From assembly GCF_002113885.1 (NCBI RefSeq), contig NW_018405583.1, positions 384,781 to 448,780 on the forward strand: a stretch of DNA of 64,000 nucleotides, given 5' to 3'. The notes under the pieces were generated by a model. That model did not search any database and was not told the DNA's origin. It was given only the letters and a program-made list of their open reading frames with translations. Below, piece after piece: positions 27,525 to 40,009 of the stretch. Made by a program: the position numbers and the translations under genes. The stretch's first letter is position 1. Each line of letters starts with the position of its first letter. Origin of the DNA: Mizuhopecten yessoensis (Eukaryota).

Positions 27525-28100
27525 TATAGTCAGTTACTGACCCTCTACAGAACCATAGAGGGTCAGTAAGATTTATAGGGGGCGAGGGTGGAGCCCGAGC
27601 CTCCTATACATCTTACTGTATCGCAGTATCGCAGTATTCGATAATTTATCGCATCGAGGACCCTTTTTGCTTAAAATGATAGTGATGTAATGCATAACAA
27701 AACAATATGAATATTTAACAAATTTAATCAACTTTTATAAAGGAAAATAATATTAGTTATATAACAAAAACATAACAATCCTGATGTTTCTCCATGAGAA
27801 AATCCTTAAAACACTTCACACACGTCTTGTTGGCCTTTTGCGTTTGGGCAGACTGACTGTTTAGTCGCTTCTTGTCTATTTCTTCCGTTGTCGTCTGCCC
27901 AAATCTCTCCATGTTGTTGTTGTGCTGTTGTCTCTCAATGTCACCGAAACGCTTAGATAAGGGGACGGCACCCACGCTAAAACAAAAGACGGTCGCTTGC
28001 GACAGCGTCTTACTAATTTTGCCTGGCGTAGGGGAAGCAACTCCTATCATTTTACGATACAATGTATGATACAATGTGAGATGAATCAGTGGACGACGTG
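27525..28100 (-). mobile_element. Truncated Crypton-like (DUF3504 tyrosine recombinase family) element fragment
   Basis: ORF 28113-27757 contains MERFGQTTTEEIDKKRLNSQSAQTQKANKTCVKCFKDFLMEK, resembling the RF..xxxEE....N..S.NT.K.....K.F.D.L N-terminus of Crypton/DUF3504 proteins. Adjacent hairpins: TTACTGACCCTCTA..TAGAGGGTCAGTAA and CGAGGGTGGAGCCCGAG. Confidence 0.5.
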
Positions 28101-28440
28101 TACATGTATACATGTATATATTTTAACGAAACATGGCGACTTCTCACTGGACTACGGTGACCGCTAATCACATGTAGAGAACGAAGAATGAAGAATATCC
28201 GTCTTCAAAATTACGATGAATGTGGAGTAGTTTGACCAGTGGTATCCATTAATATGTAGAGGCAACCAAGTAGATCATGATGAGTCAAGTAGAGGTTAGG
28301 GTTACATTATTATACGAGAGATCGCCATTGTCCGTCCACTCGCTTCGGCCACCGGAAGTTTGTCTAATCATGTGATGTTTGTCCTTCAGAACGATCTGCT
28401 TGGCGTATCTTGAAGAATTTTACATCAGTGCATTGCCGTT

Positions 28441-31400
28441 TCACGTGAATATATCAAACTGCAGTTCTGGCGAGATTTGGTAGAAATGGTTTAAATCTGA
28501 TTTTGGCTTTTTCATCGATAATCCATTTTTTCCACATCTTAAGTACACACCTAAAATATAACAACATTTTTAATCTTTTTATTATTTTGCCATGTTAAAG
28601 ATATACTTTTGCATTAATTCGCAAGCAGAATAAATCTTAAATTGAAATAGATTACGATAATCAATTTCACATACATATTCAAATAAAATATATTGTGAAT
28701 GAACATATTACGAAAACCAATCGTGAAATTGAATATTCACGAAACAAAATGATATAAAGCTGTCAGAGAGAGGAGGGACAAGATTTTAATAATTGAATAA
28801 ATTGATATGAAGAAAACCCAATAGAATTATCATTTGCAAAAAAACACGAAAAACAAAATCAAAATCAAACGTCAATGCATCAGCTGACATGACGTCATGA
28901 GTTTTTGTTTATTAAACCAACCATACATGTAACAGATATATCTGTATTAAGTACGTATAAGGTATAATTGTATGCATCATCATTAACAAAATCATGTAAA
29001 ATTAGATTAAAAATCTAAAAATATTTAAAAAGGTCCAGACACAAAGTCAATGGGTGACTTACCTTCATATACCAGTGACTCCAAAAGATATTTGTGGTTT
29101 TTCATCAGACGGACCTTGAAGAACCGACAGTCCGGTTTCCGTACCGTTGAGATATCACGAGAAAGAGAGGAACTCTCCTGTAAACATTTAATAGGAATCA
29201 TATATAATTTATCATTAGTGTTGGTCGGGTGGCGCAGTGGAAAACGCACTCGCTTTTTACCAAGGCGGCCGGGGTTCGATTCCTCGATCGGACGTGAACA
29301 GACATGGGGTCACCTGCCCGAACACGTAGGTTTTCTCCGGGCACTCAGGTTTCCTCTCACATTAAGATCCCCCGTGCGCGAACATCCGGGCCAGCAAGAG
29401 TGATTAATATAAGTTGAAATCAATTGTTTCATAACTGTTGTATATATATTTATATAAAAATGTTACTTACTCCTATCGCGACTCTGTTCCCACCCTAAAT
29501 AGTAAGAAATGTAATATGTTTATACCGACACAAATGTTACTTACTCCTATCCCAACTCTGTTCCCACCCTAAATAGTAAGAAATGTAATATGTTTATACC
29601 GACACAAATGTTACTTACTCCTATCCCGACTCGATTGCCACTCTGTACTGTGACAAATGTGTTGCTGTCTAAAGATCTGAAGGCGCAGAAGAAGACTGGT
29701 GGACACATTGAGTTACTGACCGTCCGAGCCTCCAGTCCATGAAAGGTCCACCATTGGAACTGAACTAAAGACAAATAGAAGATATGTAACATCTCATATA
29801 CCTAGGAGCTATATATACTCTATTAACCACATCTTCAGAACACGAGAACCCGGAGTCAAAACAGAAGGGCAATAATACGAACTTGGAAACACGGAAACGG
29901 AACCAGGGTTTAGGTAAGGGTAAGTTTTTTGTCTAAGTGCAATTCGTAGCACAAAAAGAAATCAAAAGAAATCAACATCATATCAAGTAACATCAAAAAC
30001 AAATCAAATTGCAACAAATTTGTATAAATACAGTATACACCTTGTTATACTGCCACCATTTTTCCAGAGAAAGGGTGACGTTATGAAAGAGTTTGGCGTT
30101 AATTGAGGGAAATGTGTTTGTGAATTCTTAAGAAAACGAGAATAAAAGACACTAAAATATGTAGGCGGTAATCTAACCAAAATCTACCGAGGTGCACCAT
30201 ATCAAGGTTTTAATGTAACACCAAAACCACATCACAATCAAATGGTTTTTTCATGGCAAAGATTGTTTATAGACTGTCATCATGAATCACTCAGTTGACG
30301 TATTTTGTGACACAAAGTCCCTTGATGGGTGCCACATGTAATGAAAAAAGTTCATTTTTGCGTAAAGTAATGGAACGTTTAATACGTTGGTTATTTTCTT
30401 AGAGGAAATGACAGATATTTTCTAAAAATGTTAAATTAAATTGGACCTTGAAAGTACATGCATGGTAGGCATGCAATCTATGAATGATTTTAACGTGGCA
30501 AATTATCTCCAAAATTCTTTCTCAAATTATTATGATTCGAGTAAGTTTTAAAATATCTCTCTAGAGATAAATATTGCAAAGTTAATATGAATGAGTTCAC
30601 AATATAAATATAATTTATATGAATCTTCATTGGATTATAATTACTTAAATAGAACAGATAACGCGTGATGTGTTTTTAAATATTGAATATACAATATAAC
30701 CTCGACTTAACGTCACAAGCTGAAATATCAGTATAACATCCATATATTTACAAACGATAAATATGCAATATGACCTATCTCTATTGATATTCGATGTTGA
30801 CAGAGTAAAGCCTTTATTTAGCGTCAGCCATACTATTTATAGTAAGACAAATACCAACAGTTATATTAAAATATTAATATAATATTATTAAGTTCCATGT
30901 AGACACTTTTTTGATAGACACAAAGTATGATACTTAGCTAGGAACCACATACTACTGTAACAGGAAAGAAAATAGTGTGCTTTCACCGGGAATCGAACCC
31001 TCGATACCACCCTCTAACTCGAAGCTAGAAGGCGACCGTAATCCTATGTACAATTAAAACCTGGCACACTACTCCCCTCTTTTTAAATGTGTTCGCCCTC
31101 GAACACCACAACCAAGGTTCTAACTCCCTGTCACCACAGGGTGAGCCATGGACACCATTTGTAACAGGAAAGTGAATAGTGTGCTTCCACCAGGTATCAA
31201 ACCCCAATCCCTAGGTTCCTAGTCGGACGCTCTACCACTGAGCTAAAGGGAAATTCCCTTTAGCTCGAAGCTAGAAGGCGACCGTAATCCAATGTACAAT
31301 TATAACCTGCCACACTTCCATTGAGTTTGTTTTACTTTCTCCCGATATAAGACATATCCCCCCACCCCCCACCCCCACCCCCCACTTCTATAGATCGCTT

Positions 31401-34400
31401 TTAGTTTTAAGTGTTACTAGTAAACAATCAACCCCTCTCTATGACGTCAAAATATGTCAAGGAACATGGTGGTAGTATATGGAGTATTCCATGAACATGT
31501 TCACTTGCAGCATCCTTAGAGTAACAAAACAATATTACTTACATTTGACGTCACTTTTACCGGTGAAGGGGTTACTCGTGGTCAGTTGTTTATCCTGGAC
31601 ACTCAAGTGTTGGTCATTGTTCTTGATCCAACACACCTTGGAGCCTTTAAACTCCACACAAATAATTTTGGTGAACGTCAAATATGGGCAAGTGACGACA
31701 TCGACGGTCATTCGTAGAATAGTATCTCCTTCAAAGGAAATGTAAACATGTATACTCTACCTGGTATAATATCGGATAATTATTGGTAAACATGTGTACT
31801 CTACCTTGTATAATATTGGATAATTCATGGTAACAATGTATATTCTACCTGTTATAATATCGGATAATTATTGGTAAACATGTATACTCTACCTGGTATA
31901 ATATCGGATAATTATTGGTAAACATGTATACTCTACCTGGTATAATATTGGATAATTATTGGTAAACATGTATACTCTACCTTGTATAATATCGGATAAT
32001 TCATGGTAACAATGTATACTCTACCTGTTATAATATAGGATAATTATTANGATTGGGGCCATAAGTAAATATATAAGATGACCAAGTGTTCCCTACATGC
32101 TCATTGGTTGCACCCTAATCACATTGTGGTGAGTGATTTGGTCGTTATGACGTCCCCTTTAATTGAAATATCACATAATTGTGTGCCAAATCTTACGTTC
32201 TTTCTGTTTGTCAATTATAAAAACAGCAGCAGCACATCATACGCAATAACTGCATACTTTAATTGCTAAATATCAGGTGATATGGGCATGGAATTTGTTT
32301 TGTTTTATGATACTTTTACGGGTTACTAACGAGTTGATTATATCTGGAATTACGTTGTAAAATATGCTATAATATACCTTTTGCATTACAAGAAGACGAA
32401 TTAATCTAAACGACGCATTGGTTTTCAGCCAAGTGTGACATAGGAGGCAACTCTAATATTAATCAATTCGGAAATCAAATAATGACTAATAAACTCTCAC
32501 CGGATGGATTTCCACTATTTAGAGGATGTCAAGCCTTCATTAAGAGATTACCTTCGGAAAGTCCATAAAAGGATTTACAACATTTTAACCAATGAAATAT
32601 CGGAAATTATTCTTTAAAGAATGACTTGAATCCATTGAAAACGTAAATTAGTGTACTTACCACGTGTAGGAAATTCAAACTGTACGTTAATTTCAATATA
32701 ACGGACTTCATTCTGTCCTCTGTCGTCCGTCTCAAAATTTCGACCAATCACCTAATCATACAAAAGTACCAGTTTGAATACGGTATACCGGGAAAATTTC
32801 GCCGCAGTTTAACTGTCGCCCTTTTCGCCCTCCGTAACGAGGGAGAATCTGTCACGACATTGAAAATAAATACACAACCTAATACACGTAGTAATAACAA
32901 GTAAAGGGCGAAATTAACCCTGAACGAAAACTGATTCTACCAGTGAAAGGCGAAAAATTGACTGGGCGAATAAATTTCACGTGAATAATCATTTATACAT
33001 AGCAAGACACATGCAGGCCGAGAGTAAAACATGCATCATTGTTCTTGCGAAAAAAAGTAAAACATGCAGGCTCACTCAATGAAACATGCGCTAATCCTGA
33101 GAAATGTAGAATTGATTTTTACCGAAACATTTATAATATATCCTACCATTTTGAAGAATCCACTGTCTTCTCCATAGATATGTTGTAACACGGAGACCAA
33201 TATGTGATGGTCGTATAGACGAACGTCCACGTTTTTGACCCCAACGATTGAGTCATCAGTCCTAAAAAAGACATAAGAAAGTTCATATGACGATCGGGAT
33301 CAAAACCTGGACCCGTATTCGTGAACCGTTCTCATGTTTAAGCGTGGTTCTGTGTCCAAAGCAACTTTCCTGTTGCTCGCTAAAGTGATGTGACCAAATT
33401 AAAAAATAACTATAAAGTAAAAAAACGATATAAGGCTTCACGATTTTCTTAAAGCCTTCCAAATCACTGACGAAATCTTATTTTGAAAAAAAGAATGGTT
33501 TCATAAATACGGCAAAGTGCTCAGTGTGCGCCACCTTGTTGATGAAACAAGAAGACTAGTTTGATCCTATGATAAACATAAAAGAATCGCACGGTCACGT
33601 AACAGTAAAAATTGACAAGCTTTGAAGTCGGGCGTTTCTCCTTTGTAGTCTTTAAATGACAGGCATCATTCTAGCGATTGGTCAGGTTTTTTTTACCCGA
33701 GACCAATCAAACAGCTATTTTCGTGCCTTCAATTTTGCTATGACATGTTCCAAGGGTGCAGAGAGCGAAAGTGAACGTAACCCCTGTATATCGAGGATGC
33801 TGTAACGCATTTGCTTTCGCAATAAAAGCCGAATAACATAGGGATAGTCATGGGTTTGTAATTGGAGTCAGTAGGCCACACGAAATGTTATTATTATTCC
33901 TTTCTGAATCAGTTCAATACCATATTGGAAAGGTTGAATACTTACTGTAGACCCATGTGCTGCACGTGGCTGTTATCATTGTCGGTTACACAGATCGTGT
34001 GACCAGATAATCGTGATGACGTCAGAGAAAACCCAGCATTTTCTTTGTGTGATCTAGTTAGTTGAAACTCGATATGAGTTTGACGTTCTTTGAGGTCTTC
34101 ATTCTAGAAAAACAGAATTCTTTTAAAATAAGACTGAAATTTATATTTTTCTGTTTAGTCCAACATTACGTTAATATTGGTAGATATTTTCTGTTAAGTC
34201 CTACATGACGTTAAATATTGGTAGATATTTTCTGTTAAGTCCTACATGACGTTAAATATTGGTAGATATTTTCTGTTCAGTCCTAGATGACGTTAGATAT
34301 TGGTAGATATGTTCTGTTTAGTCCCACATGTTGTTAGATATTGGTAGATATTTTCTGTTTAATCCCACATGACGTTAGATATTGGTAGATATTATCTATT

Positions 34401-37400
34401 TAGTCCTACATGTTGTTAGATATTGGTAGATATTTTCTGTTTAGTCCTACATGTTGTTAGATATTGGTAAATATTTTCTGTTTAGTCCTGCATGTTGTTA
34501 GATATTGTTAGATATATCTATTTAGTCCTACATGATGTTAGATATTGGTAGATATTTTCTGTTTAGTCCTACACGACGGTCAATATTGGTAACAGGTATT
34601 TTAGATAACTGAAAGTTTTCATGCACAATTTCTAAACTACGTTAAAATAAATTCATACCATAATGTTTCTATTAACAGATGAAACAAGGCAAACTATTCT
34701 TATTAATCTTTTGTTTAGCAAGCTGATTCTAATTATAGTAGGAAGCATACTCTGAGACTGTAATATCTCCTACTTTTGATTCTTCAGATAATTCAAATTG
34801 AAAACAGATATTTGGGGCATTTCATTTATAGCCTTAGTGTTAATCGGAATGAAATGGTAAGTTTGTTTTTGAGCACAGAAAAGTTATTAAAAACTGATTT
34901 TACGAGCTTTCGAAAACGTCTGTTTCCTTTATCAAGCAAAAAGTTTAAATGACCGGTGCCTCGACTCTTAATCGCTGAAAATATGTCACTAAACTACAAT
35001 GTGCCGAATCGGTCAAGTCAGCTGTCAGCAAATAAAGATATATTTTGTCCATATAGCACTCTAACAATGCAGCCAGCCAGAGGGACGGGTGATATATGTA
35101 CACATACAATTTTACATTTTGTTTCATGTTATATGCATTTAAGCTTTATAACCCCCGAAGAACTACAATGATACAGCAGTACAATATATACTTAATGTAA
35201 TATGATATGGAATCAATTAGATACTGCTACTTTATTCTACAATTGGTAATTACTTATTTACCTGTTATATACTTATTGAATGTGTGAATTTGGCTCTGGG
35301 CAGCTGAGATGTGTTTTTTTTTTCTTTTAGCTTATATGACGATATGAAGTAACTCCTTTCAATTTAATTAAAGAATTATCATATTATTTGCAGGAGTTGG
35401 TGTAACCCTACTTCCAAATAATATATCTAATTGCTGAAATTGGCTTTTGATCCTCAACAGTGTATGGCTAGTATGTTATATATATGGACTGTATGGCCTG
35501 TATCTGTTTGGAAAATAAATCCAATATCACCAAATATGTATACTCAACAGTTTACCTTATATGAATACCAGTAACGCATTGTCTAATCCTTGAAATTATT
35601 CACTAAAAATAATAGTCTTGTAAATATCTCAAATTAAATATCCCTAGTGAAAGGGTTACTATCTCAAGGGTATTGAACAAATCTGTTTAAATCAAGGAGT
35701 TATCCCAATCATCATATCCTTACCACCTGATGTCCCCTCAAGGAGAGGACTTAGGCAGGCTATGCCTGATGTCTGATCCTATTGACTATTGTTTAATTTG
35801 TCAATAAAATTTGTTAAAATTGAAATATATTAACACATTCCGCCCCTTAGTGGTATTAATATAGAATATAGTTAAGAAAACAGATTTTGCGCAAATGATG
35901 ACACTTGGATAAAGAAGTTTCTTTAATTTCAGGTTTGATGTCTTGAATTAACAACACTACCTAAAGGGGCAAACACGGAAGCAGCAGATATATAGTCAGT
36001 ATAGTTCTGTAAGTATACTTGGGGTATAATAAGCTATACAAAATGTCATTACCACATTCTCAGGCGATCCACATTCACAATCATTGATTTCATTTTCAGA
36101 AGTATCCTTGCTTGTATCGATGTGGCTATTACCAGAGTCACGTGCTACTGGGTGGTGTGTGGGACTGCTTGTATGATCCTACAAAACGACAATGGAATAT
36201 CAAGGTCAATATCTGATATGCAGATTGTGTGATGTCTAAACAAGAAAAACGGAAATTTTTCAATTTCCGGACGTGTACCTCTCTATGCCATATGCATAAA
36301 CACAACATGAGAAAGTACACATAATGAAATCGAAAAATTAAGACAATTGGCCAAAACATTTGTTTCTATTTTTGTGTGATTAAATATATCATGTAACAAA
36401 AATAAATATAATTTGAATTTGCAAAACGGCAAAGTTAGAGCCGCCGCGGTAAAGTTTCCACGTCCTGTATGTATGCCTAATGATATATAAAATGAACAGT
36501 ACCTTGTCTTCGGTTGATACACTTTTACAATCATCCGATAGGGTGACAGAAGCGTCAGAGTTTGTGTCAGGGTTGTTATAGTCAGAGTCGACATGCGGCA
36601 TCTCATGTTCCACTGGACCGCTTGTAGGCCTACGCGTCGTACCCTAGACAGAAAAAGACTATTATCACGAAAACTCGCAGGATTCTTAATATTATATAAA
36701 TACTGCATTTATTTGTATATGACAGTGCCTAGGATCACCCCGAGGATATCACTGTCACCGGAGTCGAAACCGAAGATGACAGTGATATGTTGTGTAAACT
36801 ATAAAAAACGGACAAACTGACACGGAATTTTTTTAAGACGTACAAGGAGTATAAAAACTAGGACCAGGTGTTCCGAAAGGGAAAGCGTCTTCTGCTTCAT
36901 CTATGACACCCATCATACCAATATTGGCCATATCTACACAATGTAACGTTCCACAAGGTGAAACCCGGGCGAATGTAGTATTTATTTTATTATACTGAAA
37001 GTCAATATGGCAGCTGAAACGAACCGTACGCACATCTTTTTTGCGAGCGATTACTATTTTGCACTGTCACACATGGTATCACTCGTTGGTAGGGCGTTTG
37101 GAAGCAACCTTCCATTGACTCAATGTCAAAGCGAATGTAACAGTGTGAAATGAATAATTTGTCTCGACCAATCAGATTACAGGGTTTCGCTTGAGATATA
37201 ATTATTTGAAATGTCAATTTCAGAAACTTAATGTTGTTGTGAGACAATAGAGAGACAATACATCACAATATCGGTATTAACAGCGCGTAAACACCAGACT
37301 TATATACACTGTTATCTAGGGCACAAATGGAACGAAATAAATTTTGCATTTATGACGTTTTATATCTTTAACGCACGACGAATATATGTGCGTAAAGGTT

Positions 37401-38307
37401 GACAATAATAAGGATTACATACCGTTGGCGTTAAGTCGGCCTCGTTCACAGACAACGTTGAGATCCTGCTTAGTACATTGTCCGAGCTGAAGTCAGGCTC
37501 TGGTGTAGGCGAATAGTTAGGCACAGCAAACCCGAAAAACTGAAGGAAAAGTGGTCTTTGTCAACGTCATTTACGCCGTTGTTGTACTTCTTTAATCATC
37601 TGACTACGGAATTATGCTTGCCAACAGTGCATTTCAAACTTTGATCAAATAGATTATAATTATATTTAAAGAATGTCAAAACCGAAACAAAACAAACATA
37701 GTGTAAAGGTAACTTATATTATCAAAAGGGCAAAGTACCATTCCATGTTTTATTTTTTCGACTCGTTCAGATATTTATTTTGATTTTATGACAATGTTGT
37801 TGCCTCCAGGGCAGCTGATTATATGACATTACTTGTGTTTGGTGAAACAGCTTTGGTATTTCTACTTTATTGTGTGAGGTAATTTCATGAAGTATAAAAT
37901 TGCCACGTTAAATTTTAATGAGCGATAAATACTTTAAAATTAGAAAAAATAAAGGAATTGACTGGAACATATCATTTACCGCTAGGTTTATAATATAGAG
38001 ATGACGTAAATAAGTTAAATGCAATGACGAAATACAGAAATAGAAGACACTTTAGGAAGAAAATCTATACCAAAATTAATGCAAAATGAAATAAAAGTCA
38101 AACTTTTTCGTTCTTATTCACTAATACAGATAGTGTTATCTTTACCTGGAAGCATTGTTGAATACATTCACATACCAATGTTTTTTGTGTGATTTATTTT
38201 CTTTAGGGTACATAATGCACTGTTTCTAGAATCAATAAACTCACACTGTTAATCACGATTATATAGAAACATACCTCATCGGAAAATATCTCGACATCTG
38301 CCATCAT
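28441..38307 (-). CDS. PDZ + IL-1-like beta-trefoil protein, type 2 copy B (11 coding exons, about 445 aa, long acidic S/T/P/D-rich N-terminus)
   Basis: Exons (minus): 38307-38275, 37539-37423, 36643-36503, 36178-36053, 34103-33946, 33261-33147, 32751-32661, 31728-31543, 29764-29619, 29177-29063, 28550-28441. All GT-AG, with an in-frame TAG upstream of the ATG. Protein: MMADVEIFSDEFFGFAVPNYSPTPEPDFSSDNVLSRISTLSVNEADLTPTGTTRRPTSGPVEHEMPHVDSDYNNPDTNSDASVTLSDDCKSVSTEDKDHTSSPTHHPVARDSGNSHIDTSKDTSENEINDCECGSPENVNEDLKERQTHIEFQLTRSHKENAGFSLTSSRLSGHTICVTDNDNSHVQHMGLQTDDSIVGVKNVDVRLYDHHILVSVLQHIYGEDSGFFKMVIGRNFETDDRGQNEVRYIEINVQFEFPTRGDTILRMTVDVVTCPYLTFTKIICVEFKGSKVCWIKNNDQHLSVQDKQLTTSNPFTGKSDVKFQFQWWTFHGLEARTVSNSMCPPVFFCAFRSLDSNTFVTVQSGNRVGIGESSSLSRDISTVRKPDCRFFKVRLMKNHKYLLESLVYEGVYLRCGKNGLSMKKPKSDLNHFYQISPELQFDIFT*. 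The last 7 exons have the same phases as type 1. A possible extra 55-nt exon (35778-35724) is unresolved. Confidence 0.82.
29223..29440 (+). mobile_element. tRNA-derived SINE (V-domain-like) in a type-2B intron
   Basis: A-box GGTGGCGCAGTGG, B-box GGGTTCGATTCC, central GGGTTTTCTCCGGGCACTCAGGTTTCCTC. Confidence 0.8.
29461..29634. repeat. 74-bp tandem repeat (about 2.3 units) that duplicates an exon end and splice donor
   Basis: TGTTACTTACTCCTATC.. at 29461, 29535 and 29609; the last unit overlaps the 3' end of exon 29764-29619. Confidence 0.9.
30956..31314 (-). mobile_element. TRIM-like miniature LTR retroelement with tRNA-derived LTRs
   Basis: Direct repeats 30956-31068 and 31160-31314, both with TG..CA ends. 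The 91-bp interior has a PBS-like TGGTGTCCATGGCTC after the 5' LTR and a polypurine tract AAAAAGAGGGGAGTAG before the 3' LTR (minus strand). Flanks CTAC/CTTC form an imperfect 4-bp TSD. Confidence 0.75.
31742..32049. repeat. 44-bp minisatellite in a type-2B intron
   Basis: About 7 units, some with 1-bp deletions; abuts the acceptor of exon 31728-31543. Confidence 0.95.
34144..34590. repeat. 41-bp minisatellite (about 11 units) in a type-2B intron
   Basis: Diverged variant of the 6079-6815 array. Confidence 0.92.
36860..36970 (+). mobile_element. Short dispersed repeat remnant (Penelope-like terminus); also at about 9885, 16055, 38530 and 46355
   Basis: Shared motif GGTGTTCCG.AAGGG.AAGCGTCTTCTG.TTCATC. 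The family label is from memory. Confidence 0.45.
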
Positions 38308-40009
38308 TGATGTTTCAGGATTCTATGTCGTTGAATCCAATCCTACCTGAAATACATGTATTAATAACTATTCTGGATAAAGTCATGAGAAAACAAGAGA
38401 ATGCCGAAGTTAATACAAAATGTATTTAAACTCAAAATTGATGAAACCAGGGTATATTGTGTAAACTATAAAAAACGGAAAATTTTACAAGGACTGTTTG
38501 TTTAAGACGTACAAGGAGTATATAAACTAGGACTAGGTGTTCCGAAAGAGTAAGCGTCTTCTGCTTCATCTATGACACCCATCATACCAATCTTGGCCAT
38601 ATCTACACAATGTAACGTTCCACAAAGTGAAACCCGGACGATAAACTGTGTAAGCTTTGTAATCTTATATCATTTTAATTTGCCAAAGACCTTATATTAT
38701 AAACCCTGAACTTCAACAGAGCGAGATTCAATACCTACATTTCCGTTAAAGATATTAATGTACTAGTAAGTAGTGAATATATTAGAAACTACAGGAAGAT
38801 GTATATTAATATCAGCACATATCAGTGATTGTGACGAAATTTCCTACAGTGGTTTATATCAAGTTCCTAGACAAAACGTACATGTAATCGTATCCAAAAC
38901 CTTATGAAGAATATCAGCAAATAACTAACAAAGCCTTTCTCACATTCAGTAGATTTGCATTCCGTATACAAACTTTTCAGGACGTCAAATGCTGGAGATG
39001 ACCAACACTGGTTTTCAACAATTTCCTGTTGTTTTATACTATCACTTAACGACATGTTGGGGTCCTAAGATTAAGTAACTATTGCCTGAGAAAGTATTGC
39101 TCAAATGATATACACGTCAAAGTTGAAATCGATAAGGAAAATTGTAATTTTGATAAATTATTCATACTTAACGTTATCAGATTTTTTCTTTCAAATTTAA
39201 TCACTCTTCCTGACGTTGACGTTATCTCCGTTACGATAATTATTATGCAGCGCTCCATTTAAATAGAAAACACGTTTTCTTAAGTACGTCCTATCAAAGA
39301 AAGTTGGGTACTCTAATATATGAACGAAATGTACAGGTGTTTTTATTGTAATTTACAATAAAAATGTCAGGAAGATTATATAGAATGAGACATACTACAA
39401 TCCATCAGGTTTAAGTTTAGTTAAGATTAAACAGTTGTGTGTTCACTACGCTAACACAATAGTAAAATACATACAACTCCCAAAGGGGTTGTAATCAGGC
39501 TTAGATGATCTTATATCAATTCCTCTTCCAATTTCAGTAAATAAGGAAGTACCAACACTTCCTCGTGTTATCACCCTATTTAAAATGTTATCCATAAATA
39601 AACTTTAAAATGAATTTGTCTTGTCATGCGTGACAGTACGGGCTTATATGACCTCAATGATCATACATACCTTCTTATTGTTCATTTCTGGTTTATTTCC
39701 GTGTAGGAAACTATGTTTCTTTACTTGAAATGTCTTAACAACATATGTGCAATTTCATTGGAATATTGACATAATTGATATGTCACGCATATATTTAAAA
39801 GTAGGGCTCAGAAAATAATGCTATTGGATAAATATTAATACATCTCCAGCACATACGCAGGCATACACACATAGGGAGATATTAGTCAGGTGGTATAGGA
39901 CTAGTAGTTAGCGCCTGATAAGGCAGCTCCTGTCAATTTCTCAATATTGTATTGATTAATGTATATGCTTATTCTATTCATTGTATTAAATTGTATATAT
40001 ATGTAGTGT

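Noticed and set aside
29223-29295. tRNA genes at 29223 and about 31185-31245
   Set aside because: The A/B boxes belong to a SINE head and a TRIM LTR; no complete cloverleaf is evident.
29050-29403. 117-aa plus-strand ORF
   Set aside because: Antisense of a true exon fused to SINE sequence.
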